DNA from: Malacoraja senta
Lineage: Eukaryota
Length of the DNA: 64,000 nucleotides
NCBI GenBank assembly: GCA_038087875.1
Contig: JAXLNO010000385.1
Location: 248,001-312,000, forward strand
Direction of reading: 5' to 3'
Positions 1-12,810 of the stretch are shown piece by piece. A model generated the notes under the pieces. That model did not search any database, was not told where the DNA came from, and saw only the letters and a program-made list of their open reading frames with translations. Every line of letters starts with the position of its first letter. Position 1 is the stretch's first letter. The position numbers and the translations under genes were made by a program.

Positions 1-150
1 ATATTCCACCGATCGGAAGAAACCTTAGTGCGCTTGTGGCACAGGGGTACGGCGAGTTAGGCGGGGGGGGGGGTCGTAGCGTTATCGGGGACCGTCTTTG
101 CGCAAATGTAAATAAAGCGCAATCCGGAAGAGGACAAGATGAGTTTTAGT
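1..150 (-). mobile_element. 5' part of a Helitron-like non-autonomous element, running off the window start
   Basis: The reverse complement matches 37643-37803 (ACTAAAA(CT)CTCATCTTGTCCTCTTCCGGAT...TTTCTTCCGATCGGTGGAATAT). On the minus strand it is directly preceded by a TCTA array. The Helitron class is an inference from the TCTA..ACTAAAA head. Confidence 0.5.
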
Positions 151-159
151 TAAGTATCG

Positions 160-213
160 AAGATAGATAGAAGATAGATTACGGATAGATAGATAGAAAG
201 ATTGATAGATAGA

Positions 214-306
<93 letters not shown>

Positions 307-311
307 CGATC

Positions 312-363
<52 letters not shown>

Positions 364-382
364 TAGATAGATAGATCGATCG
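160..382. repeat. (GATA)n/(GACA)n compound microsatellite
   Basis: Tetranucleotide arrays are directly visible. Confidence 0.97.
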
Positions 383-974
383 ATCGATAGATCCACGGCC
401 GCCCTCCGCCCGGTCTCCCCCTGTGCGGCCGCACTGTCACGGGCTGTGGGTCGGCAGCGCCCACACGGACAGGGCCGCGGCTCTGGGCAGCGGACACACG
501 GGGACGAAAACCCGGCAACGTCCCCGTCAGCTGCAGCAGAGTTGGGGACAGTCTGGTCCCTCCGCCCATCCAGAGTCACTGACCCACCTCCCCACCGATC
601 ACCCCCGACCACCCGGCAACATCCCCGTCAGCTGCAGCAGAGTTGGGGACAGTCTGGTCCCTCCGCCCACCCAGAGTCACTGACCGCGCTGCACCGGCAC
701 CGGACCCCGACAACCCCCTCCCTCGAACACCCCCAGACCCCCAGCCGCGGGTATAGACGGCCCGGGGTACGTGAGTGTGGAACCAGTCAGCGTGGAGTCC
801 GAATGCTGGGACAGAATACGGGCCCGTTGCACTGGAAGCCGTGGTAAGCGCTTACCCGACGTTCACCGCATGTACTCCAGTTGGCCTTGCGTGGCAACAG
901 TATAGGTCACGGGTCGTGACCTCGACTGCCGAGCATCCTCCCTATAGATTAGTCAGAGTAGGTGAATCGAGGAC

Positions 975-1297
975 CAAGTCAAGTCAAGTCAAGTCAAGTT
1001 TATTCGTCACATACACATACGAGATGTGCAGTGACATGGAAAGTGGCAATGCTCGCGGATTGTGCAAAAAACTGCAAAACAGAATGGACAGAATCACATA
1101 TTCACATATTACATATTTGTGGGAGGAAGAAAAGAAAAACCAGCAATTTTTAAAAAGACACCACACAACAGTAAAATGGTTCAGTAAAGTTAGTCCCTGG
1201 TGAGATAGGAGTTTACAGTCCTAATGGCCTCTGGGAAGAAACTCCTTCTCACCCTCTCCGTTTTCACAGCATGGCAACGGAGGCGTTTGCCTGACCA
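975..1297 (-). mobile_element. Rex1/Babar-like LINE 3' end with (TTGAC)n tail
   Basis: (TCAAG)n tail on the + strand. The minus strand encodes a KRLRCHAVKTER..RSFFPEAIR-type C-terminus. Duplicated at 23173-23488. Confidence 0.6.
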
Positions 1298-1887
1298 GAC
1301 GATGTTGATGCAGGGTGAAGGACAAAAAGAGTTAATAGGAATCTAGGAGTAACGTTTCCACACAGAGGGTGGTGGGTGTATGGAACTAGCTGCCAGAGGA
1401 GATAGTTAAGGTTGCGACTATTCCAAAGATTAAGAAACCGCTACAATGTTACACCGATAGGACGGGTTTGGAGGGATATGGACCAGACGCCAGGGACTAG
1501 TGCAACTGGGACACGTTGGTCGGTTTGGACGTTTGGCCGAAGAACCTGTTTCCACGCTGTATCACACCAAGGGCGGCACATATGGTTGCACTACTGCTAC
1601 AAAACGCCAGAGACCAGGGTTCTATCCTGCCCTCGTCTGCTGTCTGTGTGTAAGTGTGCACATTCGCCCTGTGACCGCGTGAGTTTCCTCCGAGTGGCCG
1701 AAGATCCTCTTTCCCACGCTGTATCTAACTTAAACCAAATCACACTGAAATTACACATGCCATGTCTCACAGTGTGCTCGGGGAGGAGGGGAGGGGGATG
1801 GCAGATTACGGAGGGAAACCATCATTGAGCGAAACATAGCACACGGTCAGACTGTGCACAGTCCGACTGAGCAAAGGAGACAGAAAT

Positions 1888-2283
1888 TTCTTATAGAAAC
1901 ATATAAAATTATAAAAGGACTGGACAAGCTAGATGCAGGAAAAATGTTCCCAATGTTGGGCGAGTCCAGAACCAGGGGCCACAGTCCCAGAATAAAGGTG
2001 AGGCCATTTAAAACTGAGGTGAGAACAAACTTTCTCACCCAGGGAGTTGTGTATTTGTGGAATTCCCTGCCACAGAGGGCAGTGGAGGCCAAATCACTGG
2101 ATGAATTTAAGAGAGAGTTAGATAGAGCTCCAGGAGCTAGTGGAATCAAGGGATATGGGGAGAAGGCAGGCCCGGGTTACTGATTGGGGACGATCAGCCA
2201 TGATCAAAATGAATGGAGGTGCTGGCTCGAAGGGCCGAACGGCCTCTTCCTGCACCTAATGTCCATGTTTCTATGCTTCTATG
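1888..2283 (+). mobile_element. CR1-clade LINE 3' fragment
   Basis: LIETYKIIKGLD...RTRGH...VVYLWNSLP C-terminal motif, the conserved 3' UTR and a (TTCTATG)n tail. Confidence 0.9.
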
Positions 2284-2741
2284 AATATTTCAGTATCTGT
2301 CTTGCAATATCAGTGATGTCATGGTATGAATTATGATTTATTTTGGGGGGGGAAAACAAAACTGGTGTGGTAGATGGGTTCACTGGAGATGTCCATCGAA
2401 ATCACACGAACATTAAATGAAATAACACAGTGTCATGGACCATTCTTTCATTGGAAAGCATAAATTCTTGTTTTCAGTGAAAAATACACAAAGTGCTGGT
2501 GTAACAGAGGGTCAGGCAACATTTCTGGAGAACGTGTACAGGGGACGTTTCGGATAGTGACCATTCTTCAGACTCTGTTTTCAACGACTCGCTTCGTGTT
2601 GTTTTTTTACTCGATCCCCAAGTTATTCGCTTGTCATCTCCCATGTTGGAGTCAATGGCTGTGGCGCAAGGTGTTTGTTCCGTGAGTGTCACTAATGTCA
2701 ATCAGCAGGTATGAGGTCATGTCGCTGGAGACCTATCGCTC

Positions 2742-2748
2742 TATATAT
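2742..2748 (+). promoter_or_regulatory. Possible TATA box of GPCR copy 1
   Basis: TATATAT lies about 90 nt upstream of the exon-1 ATG. It is conserved in copy 2 at 24915-24921. Confidence 0.3.
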
Positions 2749-2833
2749 GTCGGTGCCCACCAGAAGGCATCGCCACAGAGCTACAGCGATGACGGACTGA
2801 CGGAGCCACAGGAGTTAATTGTGTCTTCCAGCT

Positions 2834-2903
2834 ATGGGACATCAATTGATCCAGCGAATTCAATATATATATTACCCTACAATAGCGGCTGTCGCTGTTT
2901 TCG
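2834..2903 (+). CDS. GPR139-like class A GPCR copy 1, coding exon 1 (MGHQLIQRIQYIYYPTIAAVAVF + phase-1 G)
   Basis: ATG at 2834, 23 codons plus G, then a GTAATT donor at 2904. It joins exon 2 in frame and supplies the YYP..AAV start of TM1. Confidence 0.88.
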
Positions 2904-4393
2904 GTAATTTGGTTTGTCTCTGATTTTTATGTACGCGCATTAGCTGTGAGACATTCCGTAAACTCCGGCGGTGCCGACGTTAAACAAACATTGTTTGTGT
3001 TTCAATAATTCACTTGTTTAATTTGGTTAGACATCCATGTTCCTACTGTAACTGCCGCAATGTGCACGTCATGCCCGTTGTTTATCCTGGCCTGGATCAC
3101 TGTCTGTACTGATTGCGCCGGCCAGAGCCCTGACCAGCGAGCAGGTATCAGATAATCACACCCTGGTATGTTGGTCAGGAGCTGTGAGAATGGCAACTTG
3201 GGTTCCTTCCGTGGAGAGTCTGAAACGAGTTAGTGAAATGACATGTGTTCCCAATCGGACAAACCTGCTTAACTGAATATATAATCGATATATTTTCTGC
3301 ACTCGTCGCTGCGTGAAGCGTAATCCCGCGTTAGACCTGTAATGCTACAGCTCATGAGATAAAGCAAGTGAATGTCACGAGCTGGGATCTGACTCTATGA
3401 AGGTGTCACGACTTTACTATGATGTAAACTCAGATGTTAACTCAGATGTAAACAGGTGCTGTCACGTAATTTTATATCAGTTAATGTTATGTACTTTGAT
3501 ATCTTCTCCTTCGGACGATCTGTAAATTCGAATTGATATCCACAGATGTATCTGTACATCCTCGTCATCGCGCCACAGTCAGTACTGCCTGCATGGGCGG
3601 AAATTCTGGGGAGGGACGGGAGAACCCCCCCCCCCGGTGCTTTGAGAGGTGGGGGACAATCCCACCTATGTTTTGTAATCCGGAATTTATCAGACGCTTT
3701 CTATGGGCTGAATCGGCCAGTTAGCGGGGCCTTTCATCGCCCAGCGCGGCTGAAAATCAACCTGCTGCATCCAGGCGATCGAGGCACACGATGTTGAAGC
3801 CCCCGCCGGACGATGAAAGTCTCTGCGATCGGGCCGATTCTAGCCCCACCATTCGGGGCGGACGAAGCTGCTGTTGCTGAAGTTCGGAGTCGGTCACCAA
3901 CCAGGTCAGCTTCCGATGTTACCATCCCCCTCATGTTTTGATAGCGATTTCCGTGCCTGACTGCCGGTGTCACACAGTTCCGGAGATGAAGGTTCAATCT
4001 CCACCCTCCTGTGCTTTATGAGCAATGTTTCATCGTTCGCCATCCGACTCCACGCTAATCTTGGATGTGCGCATGTTTCCTCCCACATGCAATTGACCTG
4101 CCTATTAATGGTTTCTGTAACTACTGTCCATGGGACAGTGTAGATGGATGCTACAATCTGGAGACAGTTCATAAGAATATGGGCAGTATTAAAAGCTGTG
4201 AACGTAATATACATTGGTGTTTGATGAGGTGCGTGGACACCGTGGTCCAAAGGCTGTAGTCTCTGAACGTGGTCCGGGCTAAAGGTCATTTGGTCAACCA
4301 AATTTGAAGTTTGAAAACATTCCAATCAGACAATGTCCCTCAGATACTTTTGTGCGGGGCTTATGTCAGCAATATCTCTTCTCTCTCTTTCAG

Positions 4394-5298
4394 TGAACTT
4401 GTTGGCGATTGTGATTCTCTGTCGAGGTAAATGCGGTCTCTCCAAATGCATCACTGTCTACCTGGTGGCCATGGCAGCGTCTGATCTCCTGGTCGGCATC
4501 ACCGATCCGTTTCTCAGTAAGACTATTCTAATTTACTTCCCGTATTCTTTGCTGAACATTACTCCCGTGTGCGTGACTATATATTTCCTCATCTTTACAT
4601 CCACCGCGGTCTCTGTCTGGCTAACGGTCGCCTTCACCTTCGATCGGTTTGTGGCTATTTGTTGTGAGAAGCTGAAAACAAGATATTGCACTGAGAGAAC
4701 GGCGGCTGTGATTATCGGGGCAGTGAGTGTGCTGGGCTGTTTAGAGAACGTCCCCCGTTGTTTTGCGATAGAACCTGGCTACGTGTTTGATAATCTTCCC
4801 TGGCGTTGCTACAACAAACCCACCTTCTATACGTCATCTGCATGGATCGCATATGATGTCACACACCGCGTTCTAACCCCTTGTATCCCGTTCTTTCTGA
4901 TCCTTCTGCTCAATGTGCTGACGGTCAGGCGGATTGTGGCGGCCAGCAGAGTCCGCAGGGGGCTCCGGGGAAAAAGCAACGGAGAGAATGACAAGGACCC
5001 GGAGATGGAGAACCGCAGGAAATCCATCGTTTTACTCTTCAGTATCACGGGCACTTTCGTCCTGCTGTGGGCAACACAGGCCATATTTTACATCTTTACG
5101 GGTATTGCGAAGGTGGGATATGACGGCTCCCCCACCGGTTATTACTACATCACAACGGTCACGTCGAGCTTCTTACAGCTGCTCAGTACCTGCACCAACA
5201 CGTGTATTTACGTGGTGACCCAGAGTAAATTCAGGGCTGAGCTGATCAACGCGGTTAAATTCCCAGTGAGTGCAATTCGTGCACTTGTCCGTCCGTGA
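4394..5298 (+). CDS. GPR139/GPR142-related rhodopsin-class 7TM receptor copy 1, coding exon 2 (spliced protein 324 aa, intact)
   Basis: Acceptor CTCTCTCTTTCAG ends at 4393. The exon encodes VNLLAIVILCRGKCGLS, YLVAMAASDLLV (TM2), SVWLTVAFTFDRFVAIC (TM3, DRF), TPCIPF (TM5), FVLLW (TM6) and LSTCTNTCIY (TM7). TGA is at 5296-5298. Confidence 0.93.
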
Positions 5299-5596
5299 CC
5301 CTCTGATCCACGCCGATAGTTCAACATACATTTGCTCCCATCAGTGTTTGTCCTCCCAATATTCCCATTCAACTGCTCAGAATCTCCACTACGCACATAC
5401 TCACACGGAACAGCTTGCAATGGCCATTTGAACCATCACTCGTAGAAGTTATAGAATCATACATCACTGAATCTGTCACTTTGGCTCAATTCGTCTCTGC
5501 TAACCGAGATGCGCCGTCAACGCGAGTCCGATTTGCAAGCGATTCCCCGACATTCATTTTAACCTTTCCTATAAATGCACCCGTCCAATCACCCTA

Positions 5597-5975
5597 ACGG
5601 GCTTGCCCCCTCCTGTATCAAAAATCTTCTAACCCACTATTCTACCTCCAGGTCCCTCAGGTCGGCCGACTTGGGGCTACTGACTATCTCGCGGTCTAGG
5701 TTAAAGCTCAGGGGCGACCGCGCTTTTGCGGTTGCAGCACCTAGACTGTGGAACAGCGTCCCTCTCCTCATCAGAACTACCCCCGCCATCGACTTCTTTA
5801 TATCGAGGCTCAACACCTATTTCTACCCAATAGCGGTTTTGAGGCCCTGTGAGGGAGCGCTGTAAACAGTTTGTGTATGTATTGTTAGCTCTGTGTACCA
5901 TTGTATGTAGGACATTAGTATCTGCTCTGCTCTACAGCACTTTGGTCAACGAGACTTGATTTTAAATGTGCTATA
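5597..5975 (+). mobile_element. L2-clade LINE 3' fragment
   Basis: NGLAP..RSLRSAD...RGDRAFAVAAPRLWNS motif. Same family as 12190-12810 and 27658-28037. Confidence 0.8.
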
Positions 5976-6630
5976 TGTTTTCTTCTCGTTTCAACGTGTT
6001 GAAAAATCTTCACGAGTCTTCACGAGATTACCGCGTTTCCCGAGTACCCGCCGTTATCGGTACGAGCCGCTAAGAGACGTCCCCGAGCTCCGACGTACCC
6101 GCTACGTACATTCAACGTGCTTACCACGAGTTTGATTTTTTTATCCACTCGGGGGAGCTCTTGAATTACCTCGTACAGTGGGACAGGCACTGGCACACTT
6201 CGCGCTATGACATACCTTTTCTGTCACTAGTGGACGGCTGCATTTCTCATCATATCTGACGCCGTTAGATTTGCCGCAGATGATCTGAAGCCGACGTAAA
6301 CAATGCATGGAAAACACAAATTGATGGAGCAAATCTGCGAGTCGAGCAGAAACTGTGCAGGGAATGGACAGACGGCGTTTTGTAGCGGAACCGCGAAGAT
6401 CTGGGGGAATAGCCCATCGAGAAACAGCGCCTGTCTATCCGCATCACAAATGCTGCCTGACCCATTGAGTACTGAACTGCCCCCCGCTGCAGGATGCAAA
6501 GGATTTGGAGAGGGCGTTGAAATGTTAGCATGTTGGTGAAAATGCAAAGGCTGGATGGAAGAGGGAAAAGTTCAGTTGAGATGTGTGGGGCATGTTTCTA
6601 TATGTCGAGGGTGACCGATGCCTGAATTTT

Positions 6631-6872
6631 ATTAGAACGGAGACGAGGAAACACTTGTGTCTGTGGAATTCTCTGCCTCAGAGGGCGGTGGAGGCCGGTT
6701 CTCTGGAATCTTTCAAGAGAGAGCTAGATAGGTTTCTTAAAAATAGCGGAGTCAGGGAATATGGGGAGAAGGCAGGAACGGGGTACTGATTGTGGATGAT
6801 CAGCCATGATCACATTGAATGGCTCGAAGGGCCAAATGGCCTGCTCCTGCACCTATTGTCTATTGTCTATTG
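6631..6872 (+). mobile_element. CR1-clade LINE 3' end
   Basis: LWNSLPQRAVEA motif, 3' UTR and (TCTATTG)n tail. Confidence 0.85.
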
Positions 6873-7412
6873 AAATGTTCTTCTCGTGTCGGTGGTGGAG
6901 GCTGTTGGTATCAATGGAGTTTATGAGGCATTTGTATGGGCATGTGGATATGCAAAAACCCGAGAGATCTCCATCAATTTGAGTAAGCAGATTACACTAA
7001 TTTATCTTGACATCATGTTCGACCCAGACTTTGCCTTTCCCTGTGTTGCATAGACACATAGAAAATAGGTGCAGGAGGAGGCCATTCGGCCCTTCGAGCC
7101 AGCACCGCCATTCATTGTGATCATGGCTGATCGTCCCCAATCAATCCCATAGTTGTACATGTCTATATTCGATACATAAGTACACAAGACATTGTTAAGA
7201 AAATAATGCCATGGTGCAGAATGCAGATTTGCGTTTATTATTCTTGTGTGCACCGCGTTAAATCGAAAAGGTTTGTTTTTCCCGTTATTGAAACAAAAAA
7301 AGCTGTACAATAAATGAACACAATCATATCAAAATCAAGATCATTTGATCGATCAAGAGGGAAGATTGTTAGATTATAGTCATTCGCATTGCAGCGCATT
7401 AGCCCCATAGAA

Positions 7413-7746
7413 GGGCGGTCACGGTGGTGCAGCGGTAGAGTTGCTGCCTTACAGCGAATGCAGCGCCGGAGACCCGGGTTCGATCCCGACTACGGGTGCT
7501 GGCTGTACGGAGTTTGTACGTTCTCCCCGTGACCTGCGTGGGTTTTCTCCGAGATCTTCGGTATCCTCCCACACTGCAAAGATGTACAGGTTTCTAAGTT
7601 AATTGACTTGGGGAAAATGTAAAAATGGTCCCTAGTGGGAGTAGAATAGCGTTAATGTGCGGGGATCCCTGGTCGGCGCCGACCCGGTGGGCCGAAGGGC
7701 CTGTTTCTGGGCTGCATCTCTAAAACTAAAACTAAATAAAACTAAA
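7413..7746 (+). mobile_element. tRNA-derived SINE (HE1-like)
   Basis: Pol III A box TGGTGCAGCGG (7425) and B box GGTTCGATCCC (7477). It also has the GTGACCTGCGTGGGTTTTCTCC core, a GGGCCGAAGGGCCTGTTTC LINE-like 3' part and a (TAAAAC)n tail. Confidence 0.85.
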
Positions 7747-7892
7747 GACCAAGTCAGCTGTCCACGTTGGGGAAGTGGTGAATCGCGTACTCATGGCTTG
7801 TGGAAGGACCGTCGGGAAACATAATAGCAGAGGGGGAAAGAGGATTCTTAGTGTCGTGGTGCGCGCGTTCAAGCCTCTGTACCTTTAGCCGT

Positions 7893-8128
7893 ACCTTTAG
7901 CTATTGTACGAAGCTGGAAGAATCCAACTTCTACAACAGCGTTGACTTCCTTGTCGAACTTCAATGCGGAGTCAAATATCACGCCAAATTTTTGACATGC
8001 GGTTTGACTAAGGAGGTTAGGCATCCAAGGCTGCCTGCTGTCGTTTTGATGGAGTCAGACTTGGTAATCATTGGTAATATTAATTCCAAGGAACTTGAAG
8101 ATCTTAACCATTTCGTATTGAGCAGGCG
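7893..8128 (-). mobile_element. L2-clade reverse transcriptase fragment, unit A only
   Basis: The minus strand reads [38 protein letters not shown] (LGV.FD..L.F motif, degenerate). A GTACCTTTAGC micro-duplication marks the junction. Confidence 0.6.
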
Positions 8129-9679
<1,551 letters not shown>

Positions 9680-9879
9680 NNNNNNNNNNNNNNNNNNNNN
9701 NNNNNNNNNNNNNNNNNNNNNNNNNNNNNNNNNNNNNNNNNNNNNNNNNNNNNNNNNNNNNNNNNNNNNNNNNNNNNNNNNNNNNNNNNNNNNNNNNNNN
9801 NNNNNNNNNNNNNNNNNNNNNNNNNNNNNNNNNNNNNNNNNNNNNNNNNNNNNNNNNNNNNNNNNNNNNNNNNNNNNNN
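9680..9879. other. Assembly gap (200 N)
   Basis: Run of N. Confidence 1.
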
Positions 9880-10020
9880 CCCCCCAGACCGGGTTTATTT
9901 CACTCCCCCTGTGGGGTTATAACATTATTTACCTCCGTTTTTCCCCAGACTGGGTTTATTTCACTCACCTGTGGGTTCATAACATTATTTACCTCAGGTC
10001 TCCACCAGACCGGGTTTATT
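9880..10020. repeat. 60-bp tandem repeat (~2.4 visible copies, truncated by the gap)
   Basis: CAGAC(C/T)GGGTTTATT recurs at about 9885, 9946 and 10006. Confidence 0.85.
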
Positions 10021-10051
10021 CCTCCAGACGTGTCGTTTATTTGGTGATTTA

Positions 10052-10601
10052 TTGAAAAGACTACAAAGAGTAGTAAACACGGCCCAGTCCATCATCGGCT
10101 CTGACCTTCTGAAGAAGGGTATCGGCCCGAAACGTTGCCTATTTCCTTCGCTCCATAGATGCTGCTGCACCGCTGAGTTTCTCCAGCATTTTTGTGTACC
10201 ATCGGCTCTGACCTCCCTACCACGAGGGGATCTATCGCAGTCGCTGCCTCAAAAGGCTGGCAGAATCATCAAGGACCCACACCATCCTGGCCACACACTC
10301 GTCTCCCCGCTACCTTCAGGTAGAAGGTACAGGAGCCTGAAGACTGCAATGTCCAGGTTCAGAAACAGCTACTTCCCCACAGCCATCTGGCTATTGAGCT
10401 CAATTCAAACAAAACTCTGAACATTAATAAGCCCATTATCTGTTTATTTGCGCTTTATCTGTTTTATTTATTCATGTGTGTATATATATATTCAATGGTA
10501 TATGGACAGACTGATCTGTTCGGTATTCATGGCTACAATATTCTGTTGTGCTGAAGCAAAGTAAGAATTTCATTGTCCTATCTGGGACACATGACAATAA
10601 A
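10052..10601 (+). mobile_element. Rex1/Babar-like LINE 3' fragment interrupted by a 92-bp insert
   Basis: LQRVVNTAQSIIG ... IIKDPHHPGH..LPSGRRYRSL...RFRNSYFP motif followed by an AT-rich 3' UTR. Confidence 0.8.
10108..10199 (+). mobile_element. Penelope-derived mini-insert carrying a hammerhead ribozyme motif, 15-bp TSD
   Basis: CTGAAGAAGGGTATCGGCCCGAAACGTTGCC, flanked by CATCGGCTCTGACCT at 10093-10107 and 10200-10214. Confidence 0.75.
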
Positions 10602-11372
10602 TAGGTATGTTACAAAACTTACCTTCAGCGGCGCTGCAGTTCTGTCACTGCCCGTGTGCGCGACTTTCGCGCCTTTGAGAGGGGGGGGGTTTAAAATGCC
10701 GTTTTCTTCAGGCTGTTCAAATCAATGTTGGTCAGCCTGTTTAGTTGCTAAAGAAAAATCGCCCTGATATTCGTTCTCTGCAGTTATTTTTGAACATCGC
10801 TGGATAATTTAATTGTTAGAGTAAATGAAAAATCATCTTCTAAAGCCGTGAACGCCGACAACGGGACGGAGCTCACGTAGGGGACAAGGCAAGGTACGCC
10901 GTTTAGGTTTACATTAAAAAGTGCTTCTTAAGATGCCTTTAATCAAAATGTTAAGTTGCGAGAAGGTGACTTGGGGCCCATCCGAACCGGCACTGTTTTC
11001 CTGCCAAGATGGGGTTTCAATTCACCGCAACCGCAACGTTCCAAACGATCGCGTTCCACAAAATCCCACTCGCAAGATGATTAAAATGCCCATTAATTTA
11101 CGGGAATTAAACACTAAATTCCTTCCATTTGGCCTATAAGTTAATGACTGAGATTTAAAAATCATGTTATATTGTGAATTCTTGTGTGAATGCTTTTTGT
11201 ACACTTAGGCTATTTAAAAATGTTAACCTTTTCTTAAGAAATGGATAGATGTTTAGATCTAGTAATTGAATTTTGTAATTAGCTACAATTAGATAACTAA
11301 CTAATTATATGCTTTAATTTCATGTCATCCAAGTAAGATTGTTTCATATTTGTTTCAGAATGCTTCAATCTA
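10602..11372 (+). mobile_element. Non-autonomous TIR DNA transposon, truncated, related to 51193-52222
   Basis: Starts TAGGTATGTTACAAAA and is colinear with 63236-64000 and with the reverse complement of 51461-52222. Confidence 0.75.
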
Positions 11373-11931
11373 TGTGAGGTTTCAAAATCACAAACGCTTT
11401 TAGAGACAAAGTCGGCAAAGAAGCTTTTTATTTAAATCATATTCTGCAGAATAGGTGCCTCTCCTCTGATGTCCCCTAGAGGCACACCGAGGATCGGGAT
11501 GTCTTCTATCTTTATACATTTCATGGGTACCATTGTCACACCCTCATCCCTCCCCATTGAGCTTCTTCCAATCATAACATAAAGCCCACATTCCCACGAG
11601 AACGTCCTGGAACGTCCACCCGACGTCAAAGACACCTCCCGTATCATGCATCGCATGTGCATTTAAATTAGGCATCTTGTCATAGTGTGTGTGTGTACAT
11701 ATTCATGTAAGTTCATTAGGCATGCGCAGATATGTTTGACATTATGTACTTTCTCCCTTTCTACTTACTTCTCAAATCTTCTGCTGAATTTGCTACTTTT
11801 TATCTAGAATTTCTCTCTGTTCTATATATCGTTATTTTCTATTTTACCAGCAGTCTGGCTTCTGCTGACACCCCAAGCCATTTTTCTATCCCTAGTCTAA
11901 ATCAACCATGTCTGTTAACTCTTTCCTCACA
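11373..11931 (-). mobile_element. Solo LTR (559 bp)
   Basis: Termini TGTGAGG...CCTCACA. On the minus strand, TATAAA (11511-11516) is followed by AATAAA (~11427-11432) near the 3' end. Confidence 0.65.
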
Positions 11932-12189
11932 GGATGATTTGGAAACAAAAAGGAGTGCCCGCTTCTCCGTGCCCGGGGCTGCGGTGCCTGCCCGCCCGGT
12001 CCATCGCCTCCATCCGCGGCGTCGGAGCCTCGTCCAGGGAGAGGGTCCGGGGAGACCGTTCTCCCGTCGCCGGGCGGGAGCGGGAACCACTGAATCTGAA
12101 CCCATTCCTGTCAGCGGCCATGACCCCGACACCAGGCGCTGCTCCAGCCGGGGTACCGCCTCCCCACCTGGCCCCTCGCACACATCCAC

Positions 12190-12810
12190 ACATTTATCTC
12201 CTCCCGCCTAGATTACTGCAACTCCCTTTATACTGGCATCAGCCAATCGTCCCTGTCCCGCCTGCAACTGGTCCAAAACGCCGCAGCGAGACTCCTGACG
12301 AGCACCCGAAAAAGGGACCACATCATCACCCCGATCCTGGCCTCTCTCCACTGGCTCCCTGTGCGGTTCCGTGTACATTTCAAGATCCTCCTCTATGTCT
12401 ACAAAGCCCTCAATGGGCTTGCCCCCACCTACATAAAACGTCTTCTCACCCACCACTCCACCTCCAGGTCCCTCAGATCAGCCGACTTGGGATTGCTGAA
12501 TATCCCGCGGTCTAGGCATAAGCTCAGGGGCGACCGCGCCTTTGCGGTTGCAGCTCCTAGACTGTGGAACAGCATCCCCCTTCCCATCAGAGCTGCCCCC
12601 CCTCCATCGACTCCTTTAAGTCGAGACTACAAACTCATCTCTACTCCCAAGCCTTTCTTGACGTCCTCTGAGGGAGGGCTATATGTATGTAGTAATGTTT
12701 GTATTTAATCTATGAACCACTGTTGTATAACGTTAGTACTTCCACCAATGTAAAGCACTGTGGCCAACGAGAGTTGTTTTTTAAATGTGCTATAGAAATA
12801 AAAAAGTGAC
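12190..12810 (+). mobile_element. L2-clade LINE 3' fragment
   Basis: RLDYCN...QLVQNAAARLLT...HITPILASLHWLPVRFRVHFKILL...RGDRAFAVAAPRLWNSIP. Confidence 0.88.

Larger units (their letters stand above)
427..7891 (+). repeat. Segmental duplication unit A (GPCR gene plus flanks), paralogous to 22716-29964
   Basis: Colinear and near-identical from GGCCGCACTGT(C/T)ACGGGCTGTGGG to TGTACCTTTAGCCG, including the same nested TE fragments. Confidence 0.95.

Noticed and set aside
4333..4393. MSLRYFCAG... as the receptor N-terminus (also 26397)
   Set aside because: This is intronic read-through across the polypyrimidine tract and AG acceptor. The upstream exon supplies a proper TM1 start.
4394..5298. Assigning the symbol GPR139
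   Set aside because: The similarity is at family level only. Tandem duplication and divergent motifs argue against one-to-one orthology, which needs a phylogeny.
7413..7495. tRNA gene
   Set aside because: The A/B boxes continue into a SINE body and tail, and I could not fold a convincing cloverleaf.
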